The notes below the pieces were generated by a model. The model did not search any database, was not told the origin of the DNA, and saw only the letters and a list, made by a program, of their open reading frames with translations. 64,000 bases of DNA from a virus (taxonomy: Duplodnaviria > Caudoviricetes). Positions 1 through 8,844 of this stretch are shown in pieces (the first letter of the stretch is position 1; every line of letters starts with the position of its first letter). The stretch is taken from positions 1 through 64,000 of the IMG/VR virus record IMGVR_UViG_3300025372_000639; one strand, 5' to 3'. The translations under genes were made by a program, and so were the position numbers.

Positions 1-33
1 GGAAATTTTAACCCTAGTCCGGGACATGTTTAT

Positions 34-240
34 ATGGAATATATGATTATTAAAGACGGTGCTGGCTGTTATCCTTGGATCAAAACATTTATCATATGGC
101 CAAGAAAAACTATCAGCGGTAAACGTATATTCTGGGAAAAGGCTTACAAGCGTAGGGTTTGGGTAGTATGGGGAACTGGCTTTCATATGGAACCCGAAGT
201 GCAATATGCAACATTGTTTGAGATATTAGAGGGCAAATAG
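34..240 (+). CDS. hypothetical phage protein
   Basis: 68-aa ORF in a tightly packed + strand run. Confidence 0.5.
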   Translation: MEYMIIKDGAGCYPWIKTFIIWPRKTISGKRIFWEKAYKRRVWVVWGTGFHMEPEVQYATLFEILEGK

Positions 241-241
241 T

Positions 242-493
242 TTGGAAGAATGGGCACATAAAATGTCAATAGTTTTGGGTCAAGAAATTGACCGTGAGAT
301 ACTTTGGAGTATGTTAAAAGAAATGGGATGGACTCGTGTCATGTTACCTACTACCATAAGTAAAGAGCAAGCTATCGAAATCACTGACTGGTTAGAATTG
401 AATGTTAAACATCCATACGAATCCCATAACAAAGATTTTATATTTGAAAATGTTAAAGATGCCACAACATTTATTTTAAGGTGGGCTTCATGA
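242..493 (+). CDS. hypothetical phage protein (C-terminal FILRW motif)
   Basis: ORF ends ATTFILRWAS, similar to the next ORF's MMFLLRWSS. Confidence 0.55.
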   Translation: MEEWAHKMSIVLGQEIDREILWSMLKEMGWTRVMLPTTISKEQAIEITDWLELNVKHPYESHNKDFIFENVKDATTFILRWAS

Positions 494-681
494 TGTTGTT
501 GATAAATCACGAATACCATGTTGTTGAATTAAACGGGTTCTGGATACCGGATAAAATGTTTGAATGGCTACAACTACGATTGGGACCTGGCGATGGCACA
601 CGGTGGTGGTATAAGCACCCTAAGTTATATTTTGCAGATCCTAAGGATCATATGATGTTTTTATTAAGGTGGAGTTCATGA
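490..681 (+). CDS. hypothetical phage protein (C-terminal FLLRW motif)
   Basis: ATGA overlaps at both ends; C-terminus paralogous to the previous ORF. Confidence 0.55.
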   Translation: MMLLINHEYHVVELNGFWIPDKMFEWLQLRLGPGDGTRWWYKHPKLYFADPKDHMMFLLRWSS

Positions 682-1484
682 AGAAAATTGTGTTGTGTTT
701 GATTATAATGTTTACTTCTGTATATTCGTATGCAGGCGCACATGCCTTATATGATTTTGGCAGTGCCTCTTATATTATAGAAAGTAACAGACATGAGGTT
801 AGATCCATTGCCAGCATCACTAAATTGTTTACTGCTGTTACCGTTTTAAATAGCGGTGTAGATCTAAATGAAAAGATCAAGGTAGATGGTAAGAGTGGAG
901 GTCATATACCCAGGGGAGTTTATATGACACGTATGGATCTTATGCGAGCCATGCTGATTAGCAGTGATAATAGGGCGGCTGAAACGTTGGCAAATAATCA
1001 TCCGGGCGGATTTGATAAGTTTATTAAAGATGCTAACGAATACGCATTCAGTAAATCTTTATACAATACCACAATCGTAGACAGCACAGGTCTTTTACCC
1101 GGAAATCAAAGTACAGCAACAGATTTAATTGAACTACTATCTTTAATAAAAAATAACGTAATCATACGTTCAATCGCCAGCGACAGAAATGCTGTATTAA
1201 ATTTTCCAAAAGGAAAGAAACATATTACAATCAACATACACAATACCAATCCAGAAATATTTGTATACGATAATATCTTAATAAGTAAAACAGGATTTAC
1301 CAATCCCGCAGGACGATGTGTACTGATGCTAATTGAAAAGAAAAAAGAATTATATGGTGTTGTTGTCCTAGGTCAGCGTAATGTAAAATCTAGAAGTATT
1401 CTAGTAAAAGAATTACTAAGTGTTGAGCATGAGCCAGAACCTATCCCAAGAATAAACGGAACCTTAGATTTTCGTCAACCGTGA
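678..1484 (+). CDS. D-alanyl-D-alanine carboxy/endopeptidase, peptidase S11 (PBP7-like)
   Basis: signal peptide; ASITK (SxxK), SDN (SxN) and KTG motifs. Confidence 0.9.
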   Translation: MKKIVLCLIIMFTSVYSYAGAHALYDFGSASYIIESNRHEVRSIASITKLFTAVTVLNSGVDLNEKIKVDGKSGGHIPRGVYMTRMDLMRAMLISSDNRAAETLANNHPGGFDKFIKDANEYAFSKSLYNTTIVDSTGLLPGNQSTATDLIELLSLIKNNVIIRSIASDRNAVLNFPKGKKHITINIHNTNPEIFVYDNILISKTGFTNPAGRCVLMLIEKKKELYGVVVLGQRNVKSRSILVKELLSVEHEPEPIPRINGTLDFRQP

Positions 1485-1756
1485 AACCAAATCCAAATGA
1501 ATCTTATGAATCTTGGTGTGAACGTGTTCGTATGTTTGAACACGGTGCCGCCTTGCAGGAGATTGCTCTGGGTAAAGATCCAAATGAAGTAATGGAAAAA
1601 ATGAGCCGTAAGATTATGAATAAACTGCTACATCCACTTTACCAAGCTATAAACGAAAGCGTAAAAATAGAAGATGCTAAAGATTCCAGAACCAGCTACG
1701 AAGAAAAAATGAAGTACCGAGGATTGGTTGCGGATCATGTTGACAAAGATACATGA
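1481..1756 (+). CDS. small protein resembling the glutamyl-tRNA reductase dimerization domain
   Basis: SRKIMNKLLHP resembles the HemA C-terminal motif; weak. Confidence 0.45.
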   Translation: MKPNPNESYESWCERVRMFEHGAALQEIALGKDPNEVMEKMSRKIMNKLLHPLYQAINESVKIEDAKDSRTSYEEKMKYRGLVADHVDKDT

Positions 1757-1848
1757 TTCATCTATAATAAATAAATGTGTAGTAGACCTAATGGCTACTA
1801 CATAGGGCATAGTGCCCAAATGATTCTTACTTTAATAGGAGAAATATT

Positions 1849-2283
1849 ATGAATCAACTAGTACGTTTCGACACCAACGCTTTAAACAAAGCTCTTTTAG
1901 GATTTGACGAGATCTTCAATAACTTTGAACATCGTTTCGCAAATCAAATCAACAACAACTATCCTCCATATAACGTCATCAAAAAAGATGAAAATAACTA
2001 TGAGTTGGAAGTGGCCGTAACAGGTTTTGCTCCAGAGGAAGTTACCGTTGAAATTGATCAAAATCAATTGATCGTTAAAGGAGAACGTAAGCGTAACGAT
2101 GATGAAGATACACAATATCTACATCGCGGTCTTGCTACTCGTGACTTCAATCGTGCTTGGACTTTGGCCGAGCACATGGAAGTAGATACAGGAACCATTA
2201 AAAATGGTGTACTTCGTATTGCACTCGAGCGTGTAGTCCCAGAAGCACTGAAACCACGTGTTTTAAAGATTACTGCTGAGTAA
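1849..2283 (+). CDS. small heat shock protein Hsp20 (IbpA-like)
   Basis: NYPPYNV, YLHRGLA and NGVLRI alpha-crystallin motifs; AGGAG RBS. Confidence 0.95.
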   Translation: MNQLVRFDTNALNKALLGFDEIFNNFEHRFANQINNNYPPYNVIKKDENNYELEVAVTGFAPEEVTVEIDQNQLIVKGERKRNDDEDTQYLHRGLATRDFNRAWTLAEHMEVDTGTIKNGVLRIALERVVPEALKPRVLKITAE

Positions 2284-2289
2284 ACTTGT

Positions 2290-2313
2290 GGGGGCGCCTT
2301 TCCCGCCCCCTTT
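2290..2313 (+). terminator. probable intrinsic terminator after hsp20
   Basis: GGGGGCG/CGCCCCC stem followed by a short T run. Confidence 0.5.
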
Positions 2314-2334
2314 AATAACTTTTAAAATAAAATT

Positions 2335-2643
2335 ATGACAACTGACTCTCAGATCATTGAAAAGAAAAAGGTTACCAGCAAACCTCCAAAAGAACCTGGT
2401 AAGTTTAAAGTTCTTGTGTGTAACGACGATGTTACTCCCATGGAGTTTGTTGTCGCTATGTTAGTGGCAGTTTTCAAACATCCACAAGGTAATGCCATTG
2501 ACTTAACAATGAAAATTCATAACAACGGCGCCGCTGTTGCTGGAATTTATAATTATGAAATAGCAGAACAGAAGCATGTAGATGCTACTGAAATGGCCCG
2601 AGAAAACGGATTTCCACTTGTACTAAAAGTGGAGGCTGAATGA
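2335..2643 (+). CDS. clpS: ATP-dependent Clp protease adaptor ClpS
   Basis: KVLVCNDDVTPMEFVV...IHNNG...FPL signature. Confidence 0.92.
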   Translation: MTTDSQIIEKKKVTSKPPKEPGKFKVLVCNDDVTPMEFVVAMLVAVFKHPQGNAIDLTMKIHNNGAAVAGIYNYEIAEQKHVDATEMARENGFPLVLKVEAE

Positions 2644-3179
2644 GTTTAAAAGAACTTACCGCAGATAAACATAAAGAAGCAGAAACAACACCGTTTATGA
2701 AAGCGGTGTTTGATAAGAAATTGCCTCAAGAAATATGGGCAGATTGGACGTATCAAAAAACATTATTCTACGGTGCTATTGAAGGTGCCGCAAGTGCATG
2801 TGGTCTATTGGACGACCTATATGGTATCCAACGAACATCTTTCCTATATCAAGATTTTAGCGAATTGTGGTCAAAGAATACTTCTCGACCCGATTTTCGT
2901 CCTGTAGTAGTTGACTACTACAACTATATTCTTTCAATTGGTAATGACCCTAACAGGATCATGGCACACCTATACACTTGGCATATGGGTGATATGTTCG
3001 GTGGGCAGATGATTAAAAAGATTGTTCCAGGTCCACATCGCAATTTAGAATTTGAAGACCTCCGCACACTGATGACCAACATTCGTGCTAAACTAAATGA
3101 CAGCATGGGTGATGAAGCCAATGTAGCCTTTGATTGGGCAATATGCATGATGAGGGACTATGACATCAGTTTGGGATAA
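2640..3179 (+). CDS. heme oxygenase (HemO/Ho1-like)
   Basis: LKELTADKHKEAE (proximal His) and AHLYTWHMGDMFGGQMI distal helix. Confidence 0.9.
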   Translation: MSLKELTADKHKEAETTPFMKAVFDKKLPQEIWADWTYQKTLFYGAIEGAASACGLLDDLYGIQRTSFLYQDFSELWSKNTSRPDFRPVVVDYYNYILSIGNDPNRIMAHLYTWHMGDMFGGQMIKKIVPGPHRNLEFEDLRTLMTNIRAKLNDSMGDEANVAFDWAICMMRDYDISLG

Positions 3180-3828
3180 GTCTATTGCCTGTGCCCAGGA
3201 AATCGAAAAACGTTTTAGAGAAACAGGTGAGTTAGTAGAAGTACACAAAGACGAAAGACTGGGGATTTATGACCTAGTGTTTACATCTCTCCGGTATCGT
3301 AGAGCACATATAAGCATTGTAGATTCACGCAACGATAAGAAAGTGTGGATGCTACATGTAACCGTATTTCCACAACTTAACGATCCTAGCCCTATTTACG
3401 GGTTTGATATTGTAGCAGGTCCTAGTAAAGTTAGCGGCGCCTTTCATGACTTTAGCCCAGCAGGTGATCCTACGAGCTTTATGTGGCTTTGGTATAATGC
3501 ACAGGTAGACGGTCTAGAATGGAACAAGAAACGTGAGTTGCCAGATTGGGCACAACAAATCTTTAGCCGTAGTATTGTTGCTATCGGAGCAGTAGGCGAA
3601 GAAGAACTAGATAGTTTTATTAAAGTTGGTTTAAAGAACTTAGAGTTTTACTTAAACAACGTGGGCAAAGATCAGCAAGATGTTGCTACCTATGAAATGG
3701 CGCAAGATCGTTACTGCCGCTATCAAAAGAAGAATCCACATACTCCTAAAGTACTGGTCAATCTAGGGTTTACAGAGCAAGAAGCAGCCGATTTTATAAG
3801 GAATAGCTTGTTTCCCGAAATAGAATAA
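3160..3828 (+). CDS. ferredoxin-dependent bilin reductase (PcyA/PcyX-like)
   Basis: MLHVTVFP, PIYGFDIV, RELPDWAQQIFS and QKKNPHT motifs; adjacent to heme oxygenase. Confidence 0.88.
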   Translation: MTSVWDKSIACAQEIEKRFRETGELVEVHKDERLGIYDLVFTSLRYRRAHISIVDSRNDKKVWMLHVTVFPQLNDPSPIYGFDIVAGPSKVSGAFHDFSPAGDPTSFMWLWYNAQVDGLEWNKKRELPDWAQQIFSRSIVAIGAVGEEELDSFIKVGLKNLEFYLNNVGKDQQDVATYEMAQDRYCRYQKKNPHTPKVLVNLGFTEQEAADFIRNSLFPEIE

Positions 3829-3839
3829 ATACTTCTATT

Positions 3840-4946
3840 ATGCGTATAACAGAATTAATACTCGAAGCTCCTTTAGGCCAAGGTCTATACAAGTATGAAC
3901 AGAACCCTAAGAAAGATAGGGTTCCTACATTCTTAGAAAAGATTATCACAAAACAGCCCTTTACTATCAAAGTTCCCAACGGGCAAGAAGAACAAGTAGT
4001 ATTTGATCCAGCTCAGTACGAAGAAATTGCTCAACATTTAGAGCAAAGAAGCACCAAGTTTAAATTAAAAACATTAGAAAATCCTCCAAGAATGATTCCA
4101 TTTGGATACATTGTTAAAACCAAAACATTTGGTGGAGAGGTAGCAGGACAGCGTGAGAAGATCGAACAGGGTCAAATTGGTGAGATTGCTGAACAACTTG
4201 AGAAAGCAAAAGCTGGAAAACCATATATTACTTTAAAAGTAGGTAACCGTTCTGTTAATGCAGCCAGTGTAATTAAGACTCCCGAATTAGTAGGAGGAAG
4301 AGCTCCTAAGAGTGATATGAGCGTAATGGATCAATCCGGAAAAGCGGTTGCTTGGGTAAGTTTAAAAGGTCGTCCATTCCGTTGGGGTGGTTGGAACCAT
4401 TTGGCAAGTATCCCAGAAATTGCAAATTGGCTACAAAGAATACGTGAAGAAACAAATGGAGTATTTCAAACTGGACAAAGTTACGGACTACATATAAGTG
4501 ATAACATAGCTGATCGTATTATTTTTGGTAAAGATTTTCCTACAGGCAAGCCCGGTATTTCTAACGTAGATTGCGTATTAGTAGGCAATGTGTCAATTAC
4601 TCCTAAGAATGGAGAATTTGTATTAAGTGCTGAAACAGAGTATAAAAATGGTGAAATTCCTAGAGGGGAAGATGCTCCGTATATTGTTATGCGATATATG
4701 TTAGGTCGTCCTGATCTTGGATTTAAAAATGCTCGTGCTGAAACTAACACCAAGAGCGAAACACGCAAGGTAAAATGGCTAGACGGCAATTCTGATACTG
4801 CTAAATCGCCAGATCTAGGAAGTGGCAAGAACGTTACAAAATTAAAGGGAACAAACTTTGTATCACCGGGTATTGCCAATCAAACCGCAAAATTAGCGGC
4901 CAGCAAACAAAAAATGGGTCAAAATCCCGCAAATACCGACATCTAA
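3840..4946 (+). CDS. hypothetical protein, possible PD-(D/E)xK-like nuclease fold
   Basis: 368-aa ORF; PKSD...VSLK spacing; TAAATA just upstream. Confidence 0.5.
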   Translation: MRITELILEAPLGQGLYKYEQNPKKDRVPTFLEKIITKQPFTIKVPNGQEEQVVFDPAQYEEIAQHLEQRSTKFKLKTLENPPRMIPFGYIVKTKTFGGEVAGQREKIEQGQIGEIAEQLEKAKAGKPYITLKVGNRSVNAASVIKTPELVGGRAPKSDMSVMDQSGKAVAWVSLKGRPFRWGGWNHLASIPEIANWLQRIREETNGVFQTGQSYGLHISDNIADRIIFGKDFPTGKPGISNVDCVLVGNVSITPKNGEFVLSAETEYKNGEIPRGEDAPYIVMRYMLGRPDLGFKNARAETNTKSETRKVKWLDGNSDTAKSPDLGSGKNVTKLKGTNFVSPGIANQTAKLAASKQKMGQNPANTDI

Positions 4947-4986
4947 AAATAGCATCGCAGTTAAGTAGATATATAAATAGTTGACC

Positions 4987-5358
4987 ATGGAAATACTATT
5001 TTTACTGCTACTATTGCAGATCAAACATTGGTACGCGGATTTTAAAATCCAAACTTATATGCAAACCGTTAAAAAGGGGGTTTGGTTAGATCCCATTGGT
5101 ATGACACATACCAGAGATCACATGTTATCCTCTTTCGTGGTATTGTTAATATTTTCCTTAATACATCCTATTGCACCTTTGACCCTATTAGTGGTTGTAG
5201 TTTTAGAAGGTATATACCATTATCTAGTCGACTACACCAAAGTAAGATACGGTTCTAAAGATAACACTACACCTTTATTTTGGAATCAATTTGGCCTAGA
5301 TCAAATGGCCCATCAACTATCATACCTTGTCATAGCATGGTATTTGCTACTTTATTAA
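4987..5358 (+). CDS. membrane protein, DUF3307-like
   Basis: HWYADF, HYLVDY and GLDQMAH His/Asp motifs within hydrophobic helices. Confidence 0.7.
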   Translation: MEILFLLLLLQIKHWYADFKIQTYMQTVKKGVWLDPIGMTHTRDHMLSSFVVLLIFSLIHPIAPLTLLVVVVLEGIYHYLVDYTKVRYGSKDNTTPLFWNQFGLDQMAHQLSYLVIAWYLLLY

Positions 5359-5432
5359 TCTAGATTAATAATTATACACTAATATAACTCCAGCATACCT
5401 GTCAGTAAATACTGGTGATAAGGGAGTTATCT

Positions 5433-5924
5433 ATGAAAAAATTCTTAGTGACGTTTGCATCGATATTGTCGATGACCGTAGTACACGCAGAACTAGTTCA
5501 ACAATTTAAAGACCCCACATTCAGTGGGCAAGGATGGTCTAGCCAGGTTCTTACACTAGAACAAATGCGCCAATCGGCACAAAGTTCAGTAGATTCTAAA
5601 GCATCATCAGCACAGGCGGCCGCAGATGCTGCTGCTCAAAATACCCCATTGGCTAAATTCATGGCGTTGTTTACCGGACAGGTTTACAGCCAATTAGCCA
5701 CACAATTGACAAACAATTTGTTTAAAGATTGTACAGCGGGCGGAGGAGCAAGTTGTTCTAATGGTAACTTTATGGTAACCGATACACAACAAATTCAATG
5801 GTCAAAAGTAGGAAATAATGTCACATTGAATGTATATGATGGTACAAAAGTTAATGGAGCATTTGTTGCCAATGCTAGTCCGACACAGACTATTGTGGTT
5901 CCAGTTTCGAGTTTTAGTTTTTAA
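5433..5924 (+). CDS. csgF: curli assembly protein CsgF-like
   Basis: signal peptide then ELVQQFKDPTFSG (CsgF N-terminal motif); directly upstream of csgG. Confidence 0.75.
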   Translation: MKKFLVTFASILSMTVVHAELVQQFKDPTFSGQGWSSQVLTLEQMRQSAQSSVDSKASSAQAAADAAAQNTPLAKFMALFTGQVYSQLATQLTNNLFKDCTAGGGASCSNGNFMVTDTQQIQWSKVGNNVTLNVYDGTKVNGAFVANASPTQTIVVPVSSFSF

Positions 5925-5934
5925 GGAGCGATAG

Positions 5935-6813
5935 ATGAAAACATTTAAATTAGCAGCTATGGCTCTAGCAGTAACAGCACTAGTAGGCTGCTCAACCGTA
6001 CGTCCATTAGGTGAGGTTGCTGTCAAAGAACAACCAAAAGAGTCAACAACAATTATTAAAGAAATTGATACACTACCAGCACCGGCAGGTCCTAAGGTTG
6101 CTGTAGCAGTTTATAGTTTTAAAGACCTAACTGGACAACGTAAACCAAGCACTACACTGAGTTTGTTTAGTACGGCGGTTACACAAGGTGCTGAAAGTTA
6201 TTTGATCAAGAGCCTACAAGAAGCAGGCAACCGTCAATGGTTTACGGTAGTCGAACGTACTAACTTAGACAATCTGTTAAAAGAACGTCAAATGATCAAG
6301 CAGACCCGCGAAATCTACGAAGGGGCTAATGCTAAACCACTTCCTCCATTGACACTAGCAGGTGTTATTGTTGAAGGCGGTATCATTGATTATAATAGCA
6401 ACGTTCTAACAGGTGGTACAGGATTTGCTGTGTTAGGTATTGGTCCTTACACACAATATACACAGGATCAGGTTGTTATTAGTTTGAGACTAGTAAGTGT
6501 TCAAACTGGTGAGATCTTGACTAGTGTTACTATTGAAAAGAACTTATTGAGTACACAAGATGGTGCTACAGCAATGAGATTCTACGATCAGGGTACAAAG
6601 TCGTTTGAGTTTGATTCAAGTCAAACGTTCAATGAACCTGGGAACTACGCACTTCGATCAGCAATTGAGCAAGGTATTGTTGAGTTGGTGAAGAAGGGTG
6701 AAAAATTAGGTCTTTGGAAATATAAGGAGGCATCCAATGAGTTGGTTCAAAAGGAAACCCCGAGTAAAGGAACCGTCAACACCGACGAGTCACCGAAGCA
6801 GTCCGACAAGTGA
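5935..6813 (+). CDS. csgG: curli secretion channel lipoprotein CsgG
   Basis: lipobox LVGC; VAVYSFKDLTGQRK, STAVTQGA, WFTVVER...LLKERQ. Confidence 0.93.
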   Translation: MKTFKLAAMALAVTALVGCSTVRPLGEVAVKEQPKESTTIIKEIDTLPAPAGPKVAVAVYSFKDLTGQRKPSTTLSLFSTAVTQGAESYLIKSLQEAGNRQWFTVVERTNLDNLLKERQMIKQTREIYEGANAKPLPPLTLAGVIVEGGIIDYNSNVLTGGTGFAVLGIGPYTQYTQDQVVISLRLVSVQTGEILTSVTIEKNLLSTQDGATAMRFYDQGTKSFEFDSSQTFNEPGNYALRSAIEQGIVELVKKGEKLGLWKYKEASNELVQKETPSKGTVNTDESPKQSDK

Positions 6814-6897
6814 AAGACTACGGAGAGAATTGATCGAGAAACATCGAATCATTAGAGAGGAAAACACTAACAATAAGGAAACCTCGGAGCAAAAATT

Positions 6898-7704
6898 ATG
6901 ATTAAAAAATTACTAGCAACACTAATCGCAGGTATTTTCGTTGGTTCTGTTTATGCACAAACAGCACCTACAGCCCCAACACAAGCATCTGCCCCAACAA
7001 TTACACAAGCATCTACAACTCGTTTTGCATCGGGCGTAACAGCATCATTGAATGCGAGTACAACAAACATTATCTATCTAGAGCAGACAGGTAATAGTCC
7101 TACTATCAGTATTAACCAAGACGGTAATAGTAACCGTGCTGGATCTGATAGTGCTGGAACAATTAACAGCATGGTGCTAAATGGTAATAACCAAATTGTT
7201 ACTATTGATCAAACTGGTAACAACAACATTATCAACACAATGAAAATCATTGGCAACGATGCTAATGTTTACCTACAACAAGCTGGTACAGGTAATACGG
7301 CTGTCGTAAGTTGCGGCTTGACAACAAGTTGCGCTGGTCAAGCAAGTCAGAACCAAAATGCATTGTTAGATTTGCGTTTTGCTGGTAACAGCAACGCCTT
7401 AAACTACACAGGCAATGGTGCCTCATTACAGGCCGCTGGTTATGTAACAGGTAATGGTAACACACTTAGTTTACAACAAACTGGTACAGCTGGACAACAA
7501 ATGTTAGTTAACCTAGCTAGCAGTGACAACAATACCGTAAATGTATTACAATCTAGTGCTTCTATGAGCAGCCTGGTATTGTCACAAAATGGTACAGGTG
7601 GCACAACATTTAATATCAGCCAGACTGGTGTATACTCTAATGTAGCCAACATCCAAGCAACTGCTGCCGGTGGTAGTTTTAATATTATCCAACGCAGCCA
7701 TTAA
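6898..7704 (+). CDS. curlin-repeat protein (CsgA/CsgB-like)
   Basis: signal peptide; repeated I-x-Q-x-G-N-x-N units. Confidence 0.8.
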   Translation: MIKKLLATLIAGIFVGSVYAQTAPTAPTQASAPTITQASTTRFASGVTASLNASTTNIIYLEQTGNSPTISINQDGNSNRAGSDSAGTINSMVLNGNNQIVTIDQTGNNNIINTMKIIGNDANVYLQQAGTGNTAVVSCGLTTSCAGQASQNQNALLDLRFAGNSNALNYTGNGASLQAAGYVTGNGNTLSLQQTGTAGQQMLVNLASSDNNTVNVLQSSASMSSLVLSQNGTGGTTFNISQTGVYSNVANIQATAAGGSFNIIQRSH

Positions 7705-7716
7705 TAAGGGGCGGCT

Positions 7717-8844
7717 GTGAAAAAATGGTTGCTACTTCTTTCGTGGTTAATTTCAACGGCGGTATTTGCTGAAATTGGATCAGTTACTGATCTTACAGGT
7801 ACCGCTGTTATTAAGCGTGGTAAAGAAACCGTTGCCATCGCTAAAGGCACACCTGTTGAAACTAACGACAAAGTAGAAACTAAAAACGGTATTGTTAATA
7901 TTAAATTCAAAGATGATACTACCGTTAAAGTAACTGAAAACTCTAGCCTAGTAATTGACGACTTTGTATACGACCCAAAAAATTCTGCAGGTGGAAAACT
8001 TAGTCTTAAGGCTGCTGCCGGAACCGTTCGATATGTATCTGGCAATATTGCACATAACAATCCCAACTCTGTAAAGATTAATACTCCTACTGCGGCTATT
8101 GCTGTTCGTGGAACTGATTTTGTTATGGCAGTTGACGAGACTGGTAAAAGTCTTGTTATGCTAATGCCAACTTGCGAAATAGAACAAAGTGTTAACCTAA
8201 AAGGATTGACCTGTGGCAGTGGTAAGATTGATGTAGATAGCGGCAACACCATTGTACGATTAGATCAACCGTATCAAGCAACCATTGTTGAGACTGCTGC
8301 CAATCCTCCTAGCCTACCTGTTATTGTTAATTTAAGCAACACGCCCATAGGAAATAACCTTATTATTCGTCCACCGATGACTATGTCTGGACAAAGTATC
8401 CAGCAGGCTGCTCGAGCTGCCGCAGAGAAAACAGGCGATGCTAAGAAAGAAGATAAACAACAAATGGCGCAGGCTGAAGCGCAGGCTGTTCAAGAGCAAG
8501 AGAAACAACAGCAACAACAACTTTTAGAAGCACAGGCCAAAGAAGATGCAGCGCTTGCTGAATTATTAAAATTAAAAGATCAAGGAGTTGATGTTAAAAG
8601 CAGTAGCAATACTGACGAGCATGTAGTCCGTATGTACAAAAACGACAATCCTAATTTGAACCAAACTGGTTGGGCATGGATGGGATTGAGTCCAAACGGT
8701 AATAACTTTACAGCAATCACATTAACAAATGACACCAAGGCTCTTGTAGTTGTTACACAGGACAGAATTACAGATGCTATGAACTTCAGTGGTCCTTACG
8801 GCAAACCTCAAGGTATTATTACTATTAATCAAAGTTACAAATGA
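7717..8844 (+). CDS. secreted FecR-domain protein
   Basis: signal peptide; INTPTAAIAVRGTDF FecR motif. Confidence 0.85.
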   Translation: MKKWLLLLSWLISTAVFAEIGSVTDLTGTAVIKRGKETVAIAKGTPVETNDKVETKNGIVNIKFKDDTTVKVTENSSLVIDDFVYDPKNSAGGKLSLKAAAGTVRYVSGNIAHNNPNSVKINTPTAAIAVRGTDFVMAVDETGKSLVMLMPTCEIEQSVNLKGLTCGSGKIDVDSGNTIVRLDQPYQATIVETAANPPSLPVIVNLSNTPIGNNLIIRPPMTMSGQSIQQAARAAAEKTGDAKKEDKQQMAQAEAQAVQEQEKQQQQQLLEAQAKEDAALAELLKLKDQGVDVKSSSNTDEHVVRMYKNDNPNLNQTGWAWMGLSPNGNNFTAITLTNDTKALVVVTQDRITDAMNFSGPYGKPQGIITINQSYK

